The position numbers and the translations under genes were made by a program. From positions 224,001 to 288,000 of the forward strand of contig CBDAOB010000003.1 in assembly GCA_965197905.1 (NCBI GenBank): a stretch of 64,000 nucleotides of DNA. The letters are read 5' to 3'. The notes below the pieces were generated by a model. That model was not told the DNA's origin, ran no database searches, and was given only the letters and a program-made list of their open reading frames with translations. Shown here piece after piece: positions 52,419 to 62,302 of the stretch. Each line of letters starts with the position of its first letter. Position 1 is the stretch's first letter. This DNA is from Candidatus Latescibacterota bacterium (GTDB lineage: Bacteria; Latescibacterota; UBA2968; UBA8231).

Positions 52419-55400
52419 ATGCCACAACCTAAGCTGAGCACCGCGGAAATGTCCATGCCCACGTTCGAAACGTTGGAAGCGTGGACGCGGTCGCAGATTC
52501 AGTCTTTGATGCAGTCGGTTTTGGATGAAGAAGTGACGCAGGTGCTGGGGCGGTCGCGCTACCAGCGTCAGGCCCCGTTGGACGCACCCGGCGGCTATCG
52601 AAATGGCTACGGGAAGCGGCGGCGACTGTCCTGTACCTCGGGCACGATCGAGGTAAAACGTCCACGCGTGCGAGGTCTGGAAGAGCGCTTCGAGAGCGCC
52701 ATTCTGCCGCTGTTTGCGCGGCGTACGAAGGAGGTGGGTCAGCTGTTGCCGGAACTGTATCTGCACGGTCTGTCCCAAGGCGACTTCGAGCTGGCGCTGC
52801 GCGGCCTGCTGGGAGCGGGAGCGCCGCTGTCGCCGTCCTCAATCGCGCGTTTGCGGGATAAGTGGATCGTCGAATACCACGCCTGGCGCAGCCGACGGCT
52901 GGATGACCGCGAGCTGGTGTACGCCTGGGCCGACGGGATCGTGCGCCACGAGGCGCCAGAGAACCGGGTGGGATGCAAGGACCCACCAACGGGCTGTCGC
53001 AGCAGCCCGTTGAAGCTGGAGGCAGCCTGACCCTGGGAGCGCAGGGGAAGGTGGAAGCAGCCTCGACAACGACAGAGTGGAGTGGCACCTCCAGACACTC
53101 CACGTCTGGCAAGCAAGACGGAATGGTGTAACCCGAAGTGAACCAGTGATGGAACCCCCTTTAGCGGCCCGCCAACCCAAACCTGGTGGATAAGGGTTGG
53201 TACGCAACGCACGTGGTCGGATATATGACCGACTGCGACTCTGGGGAGGTGTGATACCCACCGAAGCAGAGGCCTTGGAGAATGCCTGCGGCGTACCCAA
53301 GGCGAAGTTGCAGGGGAAAAGCTGGGCACCTCCCCCGTCAAACGGTTCATGGTGAACGTGGGAACCGAGCCGAGTCCGACCGTTATCGGGGCAGCGCGCT
53401 GTCCGCTGTGGGGCTTGGCAAGGGACGGAGCCTCTGTAGTAGTCCGCGAGCGGGAAAGCCGCTTACATGGCGAAGGGAGGCAGCAAGTTGCGCAGTGGGG
53501 TACTGGAAAAACAGGAGGACGCCGGTGAATGCCAGCGCTTCGTGGCCCGAGGCAGAACAAGCCCGTAATCGAGTACTGGAAATCCAGACCAAACTGCACC
53601 GTTGGGCTGTAGAGGATCGAAGCAAGTGCTTCGACGACCTGTTCAACCTGGTGTGTGACCCGGCGTTTTTGAGTGTAGCCTGGCGTCGGGTGCGCAGCAA
53701 CAAGGGTGCTCGTTCGGCCGGAGTGGACGGACAAACGGCCTACTCTGTGGAGACGGAACGCGGCGAGGAGGCCTTTCTCGCCGAGGTGCGGGTTGATCTG
53801 AAGACCCGCAGTTTCCGGCCTCTGCCCGTACGCGAGCGGTTGATTCCGAAACCTGGCACAACGAAGAAGCGCCGGCTCGGCATCCCAACCGCTCGGGACC
53901 GAGTGGTCCAAGCCGCACTCAAGCTGGTGCTCGAACCGATCTTCGAAGCGGACTTCAAGCCGTGCTCCTACGGCTTCCGCCCGAATCGGCGGGCTCAGGA
54001 CGCCATCGCCGAGATTCATCAATTCTGCTCCCGCTCTTATGAGTGGGTGGTGGAGGGCGATATCCGTGCTTGTTTCGATGAGATTGATCACGCAGCCCTC
54101 TTGGACCGCGTGCGTCGACGTATCGGTGATAAGCATGTTCTGAGGCTTGTAAAAGCGTTCTGCAAGGCCGGTGTCCTCACGGAACAATCGGTGTTGCAAG
54201 AAAGCACTTCGGGCACTCCGCAAGGCGGTATTCTCTCACCGCTGGTGGCAAATATCGCCTTATCCGTCCTCGACGATTATTTCACTGAGGTCTGGAGAAA
54301 GGTGGGCGCTACCTCCAGTGCGCGACAAGCGCATCGGCGAAAGGGGCTACCGACTTGTCGGCTTGTCCGTTACGCTGACGATTTCGTGCTGCTGGTGGCG
54401 GGCACCGAAGCTGCAGCGTATGACCTGCGCGACCAAGCGGGGGTGACTCTCACCCCCATGGGTCTGCACCTGTCGGAGACGAAGACCGCCATCACGCACA
54501 TCAGCCGTGGCTTCGATTTCCTGGGTTTTCGCATTCAGAAGCGACGGAAACCGGGCCCGGTTGGCGCACGCATCTATACGTGGCCAAGAAAGGAATCTCT
54601 GGCCCGGTTGAAGAGCACGGTGCGCGCAGTCACGAGAACGGGTCGGCAGAGGCCGTTGAAGAGCCTTCTGCGCCAACTCAATCCGGTGTTGCGGGGGTGG
54701 GCCAACTACTTTCAGTACGGGGTGTCGAAGGCCACTTTCAACTACGTGCGGGGCTTCACTTGGCGCCGCGTAGTGCATTGGCTGCGCCGCAAGCACCCGC
54801 GCTTTAATTGGAGGAAGCTGAAACGCCGCTACCTGCCAGGATGGTGGCCCACCGAGGACGGGATTGCTCTTTACAACGTCGGCGAAGTAGCAGTGACTCG
54901 TTACCGCTATCGATCGGCGCGGATCCCTTCTCCCTGGCCTGCGACAACCGGATGAGACTCTGCGGTCACACGGCACCTTGTGGAGAGCCGGATGCGTGGT
55001 AACGCGCACGTCCGGTTCGGAGGGCGGGCCGGAGAAACCCACATCACGCGTGTGGCGCAGGGCGCTCCGGTCCGACCCTACTACGTCAAAGCCGGGCTCG
55101 AGAAAGAAAAGGCCGCTCTCCTGGTGGTCATCGGCGCCATGAGCGATGGGCGCAAGGAAGTCTTGACGATTGTCCCAGGCTATCGCGAATCGAAGGAGTC
55201 GTGGACGAGCGTGCTGCGCGATTTGCGTGACCGCGGACTGAGCGCGGCGAAGTTGTTGGTGGCGGATGGGCACCTGGGTATTTGGGCCGCCCTGGCGCAG
55301 GTCTGGCCGGAGACGGCGGAACAGCGGTGCTGGAATCACCGCCTCCTGAACGTGTTGGATAAGCTGCCTAAACGCGTGCAGGCCGAAGCGCGGCAACTGC

Positions 55401-55798
55401 TGACACAGATCCCCTACGCGCCGACCCGTCAAGACGCGACCAAACGCCGCGATCAATTCGCCAAACGATTCCACCGCGAATGCCCAGACGCCGTAGATAT
55501 CCTCGAGCGCGATTGGGACCGTATGGTGGCATTCTACGACTTTCCCGAGGCCCACTGGCAACACCTGCGCACTACCAACGTCGTTGAAAGTCCCTTCGCT
55601 TCGGTACGGCTGCGAACCAATGCGGCCAAGCGCTACAAGAAGGTGGCCAATGCCACCGCCCTCATATGGCGGGTACTGATGGTGGCCGAGAAACGATTTC
55701 GCCGACTCCGTGCACCGCATCTTATGGCTGACGTGTACGCCAATGTGCGCTACGAAAATGGATCACACATCGCGCAAAGGAAGAAGATTGCCGCCTGA
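52419..55798 (+). CDS. IS256 (Mutator-like DDE) transposase, exons 52419-52940 and 55082-55798, 412 aa when spliced
   Basis: YRNGYG, PRVR, LYLHGLS, YAWADGI|YVKAG, ESKESW, VADG, QRCWNH, RTTNVVES. Confidence 0.92.
52941..55081 (+). mobile_element. Group II intron (2141 nt)
   Basis: 5' GTGCG, domain V GAGCCGGATGCGTGGTAACGCGCACGTCCGGTTC, domain VI ending CGACCCTAC. Removal restores the transposase frame. Confidence 0.95.
53525..54955 (+). CDS. ltrA: Group II intron reverse transcriptase/maturase, no endonuclease domain
   Basis: AGGAGG + GTG. Motifs AGVDG, IPKPG..RRLGIP..RDRVVQ, SYGFRP, GTPQGGILSP, RYADDF, FDFLGF, domain X LNPVLRGWANYF. Confidence 0.95.
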   Translation: MNASASWPEAEQARNRVLEIQTKLHRWAVEDRSKCFDDLFNLVCDPAFLSVAWRRVRSNKGARSAGVDGQTAYSVETERGEEAFLAEVRVDLKTRSFRPLPVRERLIPKPGTTKKRRLGIPTARDRVVQAALKLVLEPIFEADFKPCSYGFRPNRRAQDAIAEIHQFCSRSYEWVVEGDIRACFDEIDHAALLDRVRRRIGDKHVLRLVKAFCKAGVLTEQSVLQESTSGTPQGGILSPLVANIALSVLDDYFTEVWRKVGATSSARQAHRRKGLPTCRLVRYADDFVLLVAGTEAAAYDLRDQAGVTLTPMGLHLSETKTAITHISRGFDFLGFRIQKRRKPGPVGARIYTWPRKESLARLKSTVRAVTRTGRQRPLKSLLRQLNPVLRGWANYFQYGVSKATFNYVRGFTWRRVVHWLRRKHPRFNWRKLKRRYLPGWWPTEDGIALYNVGEVAVTRYRYRSARIPSPWPATTG

Positions 55799-55854
55799 GT
55801 CGTTTACACACCATTTGACCCAAGCTCGTCTATTCCTTAGTAGAGCTTACCTGC

Positions 55855-56661
55855 CTAGCGGATCTCTTGCAGCCCATTGAAGAGGCAGTAGTGCTGCTCA
55901 ACGCCCATCGCCTCCATCCAGCCGCGCACCTCTAGAGTCTGCCATGTTCCAGATCCCTTCCCCTTGCCGCTGTCGTTGTCCCACAGCCACAGCGGTGTAG
56001 GCCAGATGCAGCGGCGGGCCGCGACGGCTTCGTAGAACGCTCTCTCGACCCCTTCCTGGCCGTGATGGGCCATCTGGACGCAATCGGACGCGAGACGGTT
56101 CCCGTACGGCCCTGCCAGGAGCTTGCGTCCGGCTTCCGCCCCCAGATCCGCGGGGAACAGGACCGACCGGGCCTCGTCCCGCACTCGCATCACCACACTG
56201 GAATTGTTGATCGCGTTAACGATGATCTCCGGGTTCTTTATGCCCAGCACCTCGAAGTGCACCCCATCGAAAGCCAGCTCCTGGCCTAGTTCGAGCTCTG
56301 TCGCTTCCTGCCCCGTGGCGGCCAAGGCCGCATTGAGCTGCACGGTGGTCTCCACTTCCTCCTTCTCATGGGTTTCGACCCAAGCCGTCGTGTTCAGCGA
56401 GCAATAGATCTGGTCTATTTGCAGATCTCCAGACGTTCTGAGGATCTCAGTCAGCGCATCGACGTGGTCGAGGTGTTGGTGTGTGATGAACCAGGCGGTG
56501 ACTCGGTTGCCAAGGGCGGCGAGAAAGCCCTTCAGATACGCCGCATCCTCGGTATAGCCTCCATCGATGGCGATGACATCGCCGTGCACTGTTCGCAGGA
56601 CGTAGCTGTTCATCTGATTGGGCGTCTGCGAGGGCAGCTGCCAGAGCGTGAAGGACTCCAC
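55855..56661 (-). CDS. MBL-fold metallo-hydrolase (ComEC-like subfamily)
   Basis: IDGG, THQHLDH, NNSSVV, FPADL, QMAHHG. Confidence 0.88.
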   Translation of the reverse strand: MESFTLWQLPSQTPNQMNSYVLRTVHGDVIAIDGGYTEDAAYLKGFLAALGNRVTAWFITHQHLDHVDALTEILRTSGDLQIDQIYCSLNTTAWVETHEKEEVETTVQLNAALAATGQEATELELGQELAFDGVHFEVLGIKNPEIIVNAINNSSVVMRVRDEARSVLFPADLGAEAGRKLLAGPYGNRLASDCVQMAHHGQEGVERAFYEAVAARRCIWPTPLWLWDNDSGKGKGSGTWQTLEVRGWMEAMGVEQHYCLFNGLQEIR

Positions 56662-56696
56662 GTCAAAGCTCCTTATCGATCGACTCTACACGATGG

Positions 56697-58291
56697 TCAC
56701 CCCAGAAACTGAAAGCTCTCCGCCGAAGCCTCCGAAAAACTGGTGCGCATGCCCTTCGGCGGCTCGCCCCGCAACAGACAGCCCTTCTCCGGATACGGAT
56801 AGATCTCGTCATAGCGCAGGACCTGACTCTGGCTGCAGCGACGGAAGATATGACGGCGCCTCAGTTCCCTCGTGTTGCGCAAGCCCGCCGCAGCCATCAG
56901 CCCAGCGACAGCTTCCACCGTGTGCCGGTGAAAGTGGGCAACGCGGTCGCGCTTGTCGGCGACCACAAGACCGGCGACGAGATTGGGATCCTGAGTCGTA
57001 ATCCCTGTTGGGCAGGTGTTGTTGTTGCACTCCAGGGCCTGGATGCAGCCAAGGGCCAGCATCATCCCACGGGCGGAGCTGGCCATGTCCGCACCCAACG
57101 CAATGGCGCGGGCGATGTGGAATCCGGTAATGATCTTGCCGCTGGCCACGATGCGGATGTCGTTGCGCAAGTCGAAACCGATGAGACTATCACTCACAAA
57201 CGCCAGTCCGTCGCGCAGTGGGGAACCCAAAGAGTTCGTGTGTTCTACTGGTGCCGCTCCCGTGCCGCCTTCGCCGCCGTCGACGGTAATGAAATCGGGG
57301 CGCGGATACCGGTGCGAACCATTGCTTGGCAGAGACCGAGAAACTCACTGTGCACACCGACACAAAGCTTGAAGCCGATCGGTTTTCCTCCCGAGAGCTC
57401 GCGCAGCCGGGCAATGAATTCCATCAACCCAAGCGGGGTCGTGAAAGCCGTGTGCGTGGGCGGTGAGATCACGTCGGTGCCAGGTCTGACGCCGCGAATG
57501 GCGGCGATCTCCGGAACGTTCTTGCGCGCCGGCAGGATGCCCCCATGTCCCGGCTTGGCTCCTTGTGAGAGTTTGATTTCGATCATCTTGACGCTGTCCA
57601 GAGCGGCTCGTTCGGCGAACGGCGCCGGGCAGAAGGTTCCGTCCTGCTCGCGGCAACCGAAGTAGCCGGTGCCGATCTGCCAGACGATGTCACCGCCGGG
57701 TTCCAGGTGGTAAGGGCTTAGACCGCCTTCTCCGGTGTTGTGTGCGAATCCACCGCGGCGAGCGCCACCGTTGAGGGCGAGTACGGCGTGTTTGCTGAGC
57801 GACCCGTAACTCATAGCGGAGATGTTGAAGATGCTTGCCTCGTAGGGCTGGGTGCATTCGTTGCTGCCCACGACAACGCGCTGGTCGGATGCGACGGCAT
57901 CGTAAGGGAGGGCGCTCAGTGAATGCTCCATCCACTCGTAACCCATCCGGTTCACGTCGAACTGGGTGCCGAAGGGAATCGTATCCATCTGCTGCTTGGC
58001 GCGCTGATAGACGACGTTACGGAAGACCCGGTTGATAGGGGAGCCGTCGGTATCGGACTCGACAAAGTACTGGTAGATCTTGGGCCGCAGAGATTCCATC
58101 AAATAACGGCCCCGACCGAATAGAGGGAAGTTGCGGACGATGGTATGCTCGGTCTGGAAGAAATCGTAGAACCCCAAAAGGATCGCCGGGCCCACTAGGA
58201 CCATAACCCACCATGCGGGGGCCCAGAAATAGCCGGAGGTGGCAACCAAGGCCGCCGTGAGAACGGAAACAATAACAAACTGCCTGCGCAT
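56697..58291 (-). CDS. FMN-binding glutamate synthase family protein, frameshift near 57300
   Basis: SAMSYGSLS, HNTGEGG, EIKLSQGAKPGHGG, shifted PDFITVDGGEGGTGAAP, GCIQALECNNNTCPTG. Confidence 0.88.
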
Positions 58292-58498
58292 GGTAATGAT
58301 CTCCTAGCGATAGGTTTGACGCCGGGGCCCATAGTGACTGTGTTAGGTGAATACCAATTTACATTCGGGTGGCGGTCTCCCCATTTGATGCTCCCGCTTC
58401 AGCCAGCCACGCCGCCAGAAACTGGATCAGAAGCTCCGTGCCCTTCCGCATCAAGGCCGACAGCATTGCGATAGCCGTGCCACTTCAGCAGATACGCC

Positions 58499-59161
58499 TT
58501 ACTCCGTGAAAGGAAAGTAGTCGAGGACGTCGTACTCCCACACATTTGTGGGGAAAATAACGACTAGTTCAGCCAAGTCTTCGCCCAAGTTTTTGAATGA
58601 GTGCGGAACCATAGGCGGAATATTAACGATATAAGGGGCTTCCAACGTGAACACCGAATCGCCCAGCGCGTAAAGAATTGTTCCTTCCAACAGGACGTGA
58701 GCTTCTTCGCCTACGTGCGTGTGCATCGGGGGTGCGCCTCCGGGGGCCGTATATGTGATGCCCACCGTTAGGTTCTGGTAGCCGTGTCGCTGCCCTTCCA
58801 TGACGTGCACAAATTCGCCCGGTCCGGGGTTGATGACGACGAGATCCTTCTTTTGGAGAGCAAAGTCCCTCACCAACGTCATAGCGGGGGGTTGGAAATC
58901 GCCCGGTATACTGCGGGTCTCTATAATGCCATGAGGGTGATGCTGGGCATGTAACTGTCTTCTCGCATCATCAATTGAGCTGATCAGTTCGCCGTGTGCG
59001 ATCGTCTGCTCTGCCTTGGCATCATCGGGCGAATACGAAACTGTTGGCTCAGGCGGCAAAGTCGAGGTCTCATCTTCGGCTTCAGACGACCGTAGGCCGG
59101 AAAAGATCAGGACCCCTACGAGAGTGAATCCCAGTAAGATGTGTGCTATAGGTCTACGCAT
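58499..59161 (-). CDS. Exported cupin domain protein
   Basis: Signal-like N-terminus, PPMHTHVGEEAH, IPPMVPHSF. Confidence 0.8.
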   Translation of the reverse strand: MRRPIAHILLGFTLVGVLIFSGLRSSEAEDETSTLPPEPTVSYSPDDAKAEQTIAHGELISSIDDARRQLHAQHHPHGIIETRSIPGDFQPPAMTLVRDFALQKKDLVVINPGPGEFVHVMEGQRHGYQNLTVGITYTAPGGAPPMHTHVGEEAHVLLEGTILYALGDSVFTLEAPYIVNIPPMVPHSFKNLGEDLAELVVIFPTNVWEYDVLDYFPFTE

Positions 59162-59220
59162 GAAAATCCTCCCCTTTTGGTGTGGTGTGATATTCCATTG
59201 ACGTCTCTTACGACATTCCT

Positions 59221-60684
59221 TCACACCAGTGGCAATGGAACAACATCTTCCATCCGCTTTTGCCAATCCCCAAGGCGTGCGGCCATATCGCGGACTCGCG
59301 TCTGCTGCTCGGGATAGTTAAACAGATTCTTTAGCTCGTGCGGATCGACACTTAAATCGTAGAGTTCGCACTGGTCTACCGGGCTCAGGTTCAGTTTCCA
59401 TCCATCTTGTGCAACCAATGTCCGCCAGGGCTTTCCCGCCACCCTGTTGATCTCCTCCACCGGCAGGTTGATGGCATAACGGCTGTAATCTATGCCATCA
59501 GGTTCATTCCACTCGATGATCACATCGATCCCCTCCAGGGTGGACTCCCCCCGCAGAACAGACGCGCGACTTTCGCCTTCAAGATGCCCGGACTTGAACT
59601 CTCCCAGCAGTTCGAGGAGCGTGGGCACCAGATCGATATGGCCGATAGCCCCCGACACCTTCCGGCTATCCCTACCCATCCACGGCACACGCATGAGCAG
59701 CGGCACCCTGACCGATTCTTCGTACATCACGGTCTTGCCGCGCATGCCGTGGTCTCCTGCCATTTCGCCATGGTCGCTGGTAAAAACCACAATGGTATTG
59801 CCGGCCTGACCGCTCTCCTCCAGGGCATTGAGGATGATCCCCACAGACCGATCCACCAGTGTGACATTGCCCCAGTAGCGAGCCCGCAACTCCCGCCACC
59901 CGGCCTCGTCTCTCATATCCATCCCATTGAACGTTATGCCGCCACTCAGATAGTAATCGGCCGTGGCGCGATTCCGCAGGGCGGCATCGTCCGAAGGCAT
60001 TCGAAAAAACTGCGGCCCGGTGGCCAAATTGGTCCGGGAATACAGGTCGTTGAGCGGTCCGTCATAGGGCTGGTGTGGTTCCAGATAACTGACGTAGAGT
60101 ATGAAGGGACGATCGCCTTGCTCTTTGATGAAGCGCGCAGCTTCCCTGCCCTGAAACATGGCCTTGGTGTACTGTACCGGCAATCGCGCCGCCGTACCGC
60201 GGTCAAACACCTTACGCCCCTGCCGCTCGACGTCCGGCTCAAAGCCGTTTTCCGTCAAAAAGTGGTGGTAGCTACTCAGCTGCTCGAGGTGCTCCTCCTT
60301 GCTGTACAAACTGCGATAGAGATCCTCGGTGCTAACCCACTCGTCAAAGCCGTGTTGCGCTATGACTTCGTCGCTCAGATCCCACTTGCCGTTGTAGCAG
60401 CAGCAATACTCCTCGGACACCATCTCGGCAAGGGTCCGAGCTGTGGGCGGCAGCGGTGCTTTCTCATCCCCCATGGCGAGAGTGTGAGGGTAGAGACCGG
60501 TCAAAATGGTAGTGCGGGCGGCCACGCAAACCGGCTGACTCACATAGGCGCTATCGAATACAAAGCTCTCCCGGGCAAGGGCATTGAGATGGGGTGTCTG
60601 GATAATCTCATTGCCGTAACACGCCATCGTGTCGAAACGCTGCTGGTCCGAAAAAATAAACAGGAGATTGGGTCTATTCTTCAC
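59221..60684 (-). CDS. Sulfatase (Cys-type, CxAxR variant)
   Basis: PNLLFIFSDQQR, PVCVAARTTILTG, GKW, EPH, TSDHGE, ELYDL..DPHE. Confidence 0.9.
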   Translation of the reverse strand: MKNRPNLLFIFSDQQRFDTMACYGNEIIQTPHLNALARESFVFDSAYVSQPVCVAARTTILTGLYPHTLAMGDEKAPLPPTARTLAEMVSEEYCCCYNGKWDLSDEVIAQHGFDEWVSTEDLYRSLYSKEEHLEQLSSYHHFLTENGFEPDVERQGRKVFDRGTAARLPVQYTKAMFQGREAARFIKEQGDRPFILYVSYLEPHQPYDGPLNDLYSRTNLATGPQFFRMPSDDAALRNRATADYYLSGGITFNGMDMRDEAGWRELRARYWGNVTLVDRSVGIILNALEESGQAGNTIVVFTSDHGEMAGDHGMRGKTVMYEESVRVPLLMRVPWMGRDSRKVSGAIGHIDLVPTLLELLGEFKSGHLEGESRASVLRGESTLEGIDVIIEWNEPDGIDYSRYAINLPVEEINRVAGKPWRTLVAQDGWKLNLSPVDQCELYDLSVDPHELKNLFNYPEQQTRVRDMAARLGDWQKRMEDVVPLPLV

Positions 60685-60698
60685 TGCCGCACTGCCCT

Positions 60699-61652
60699 CT
60701 AGTCCCAACTGGCGACGAAGTCGGCGAGGTCGAAGTTTTCTGGCATCTCGTAGAAACGGTACAGCGTCGGGCCGGACTTGAACAGAGACTCGTACTGCTC
60801 GGTGTCCGCCTTGAGTTTCTCGTCCAAGGTTTTGAATCGATCCCGAAGCTGATCCAGTTCGTCTCGGGTGAAACGCTCGGCCAGGCTCTGAGTCGCACTG
60901 TGATTGCGATGGTCGTCTGATTCCGAGTCCTTGTACCTGCGTATCATGGCGGCGATTCTGGCCAACACGATCAACGTGGTCATGCGCCCGTACTCGCCTG
61001 GGTGCAAGGTTTCGAAAGCCCGTGCAAACGCCTCACCGTTCCTCTCTACGATGGCCTGGAAAATCAAAGAGATCTCGTCGTTTCTTTGGGCATGCAGCTT
61101 CGCGAACTGCCTGCACTGGTCGGCACCCCTCGAAGAAAGATGGCTCACGAAATCGACGCCAATCGGTTCCGAGAAGTAGTGGATGAATCCACTATTGCCG
61201 AAGGCCATGTACCCCATATGGATAGTTCGACGTTTGGTGCCGCCGTTGGCCGTCGCACCGTGAAGGAAGGTATTGATGTAGACAACTCCATCCCCTGCCT
61301 TCAAATCGACGGTCATTGCTCCGGGCAACGGCACGCTATCGCGATGCCAACCGGTACCTGAGGCACAAAGTACCCACATTCCCAACGGTGCCGCGGACGG
61401 TGCATTCATCAGTTGACGACTGAGATCCAGCGTGCGGGCGTCAAAGCAGAATTCCACAACGTCGGCGGTCTCGCCGTCGACCCATTCGGTGAGAGTTACC
61501 CGACTGGACCGACTCGACGCCGGCGCTCGGTCGGCGATGAGATCCACGCTCTTGCGCAGCCGTTGCAGTTCATCGGGAGGAATCATGTCGCGTAAAATGA
61601 CGTATCCCGACTCCATCAGTTGTCTTTTCTGCTCTTCGATGGTTGCTTTCAT
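60699..61652 (-). CDS. PhyH-like oxygenase with apparent in-frame internal deletion
   Basis: ESGYVIL, WHRD directly followed by SVPLPGA, KAGDGVVY...LHG, RRTIHMGY. Confidence 0.6.
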   Translation of the reverse strand: MKATIEEQKRQLMESGYVILRDMIPPDELQRLRKSVDLIADRAPASSRSSRVTLTEWVDGETADVVEFCFDARTLDLSRQLMNAPSAAPLGMWVLCASGTGWHRDSVPLPGAMTVDLKAGDGVVYINTFLHGATANGGTKRRTIHMGYMAFGNSGFIHYFSEPIGVDFVSHLSSRGADQCRQFAKLHAQRNDEISLIFQAIVERNGEAFARAFETLHPGEYGRMTTLIVLARIAAMIRRYKDSESDDHRNHSATQSLAERFTRDELDQLRDRFKTLDEKLKADTEQYESLFKSGPTLYRFYEMPENFDLADFVASWD

Positions 61653-61720
61653 GGTCTAGAGGATGAGGACGTTCCGTATGTAGATCCAGAGCTCCTCCGC
61701 GGTGGGGCGGTATGGAGCCG

Positions 61721-62248
61721 CTACTGGCGGCCCGTCCGGAAGCGGTACTCCGCCATCACCATGTCGGCGATCTCCATCGTGGGAAGCATGCCGTCGACAA
61801 CCATGTCGGCACATTCGCGATAGACTGGATCTCTCTCCGACAGTAGCTCCACTACCTCCTGCAGACCGCCGCCTGCCAGATTGGGACGCGTGTCCGCGCT
61901 GTTCGGGTCGGCCTGCATGCGACGCCACAGATCTTCAGACTTCATCTCGAGATAAACGACGAGCGCGTCACGGCAGGCGTTGACGCGATTCTGTGGCTTT
62001 CCCAGGGTGCCGCCGCCGAACGAGATAACGTGCTGATCGTTGGCGCACATCTCGGCCACCACCTCCGCCTCGATCTCCCTGAAGCGGTCGTCCCCTATGC
62101 GTAGCCACAGATTCGTCAGGGTTTCCCCCGGACACCGCTTCTCGATGCCGCGATCGATGTCGAGCAGCGCCCACCCCAGCCGTGCCGCTAGCTCGCGGCC
62201 CAGCGTCGATTTCCCCGAGGCTCGGCAACCGATCAGTACTATTTTCAA
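61721..62248 (-). CDS. aroK: Shikimate kinase
   Basis: IVLIGCRASGKST, DID, FREIE, SFGGG, RPNL, ERDPVY. Confidence 0.88.
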   Translation of the reverse strand: MKIVLIGCRASGKSTLGRELAARLGWALLDIDRGIEKRCPGETLTNLWLRIGDDRFREIEAEVVAEMCANDQHVISFGGGTLGKPQNRVNACRDALVVYLEMKSEDLWRRMQADPNSADTRPNLAGGGLQEVVELLSERDPVYRECADMVVDGMLPTMEIADMVMAEYRFRTGRQ

Positions 62249-62302
62249 GAATCCTGTATCTCCAGATGCGTCGTGATTTCGATGCGGAGAAACTGCGCGG
62301 AG

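Larger units (their letters stand above)
52311..55827 (+). mobile_element. IS256-family insertion sequence (1376 bp without the intron)
   Basis: Left end GAGCTATAATCAAAAGGTGTGGAAA vs reverse complement of right end GAGCTTGGGTCAAATGGTGTGTAAA (19/25 identical). Direct repeat GTCTATTC at 52303-52310 and 55828-55835. Confidence 0.93.

Noticed and set aside
53525..54955. RT as a retron, DGR, CRISPR-RT or Abi defence RT
   Set aside because: It sits within canonical group II intron boundaries with domains V/VI and has maturase domain X. No TR/VR pair, msr-msd or cas genes were seen.
52739..55720. Long antisense ORFs (494 aa and 457 aa) over the intron and IS
   Set aside because: Shadow frames of GC-rich coding sequence with no recognisable motifs
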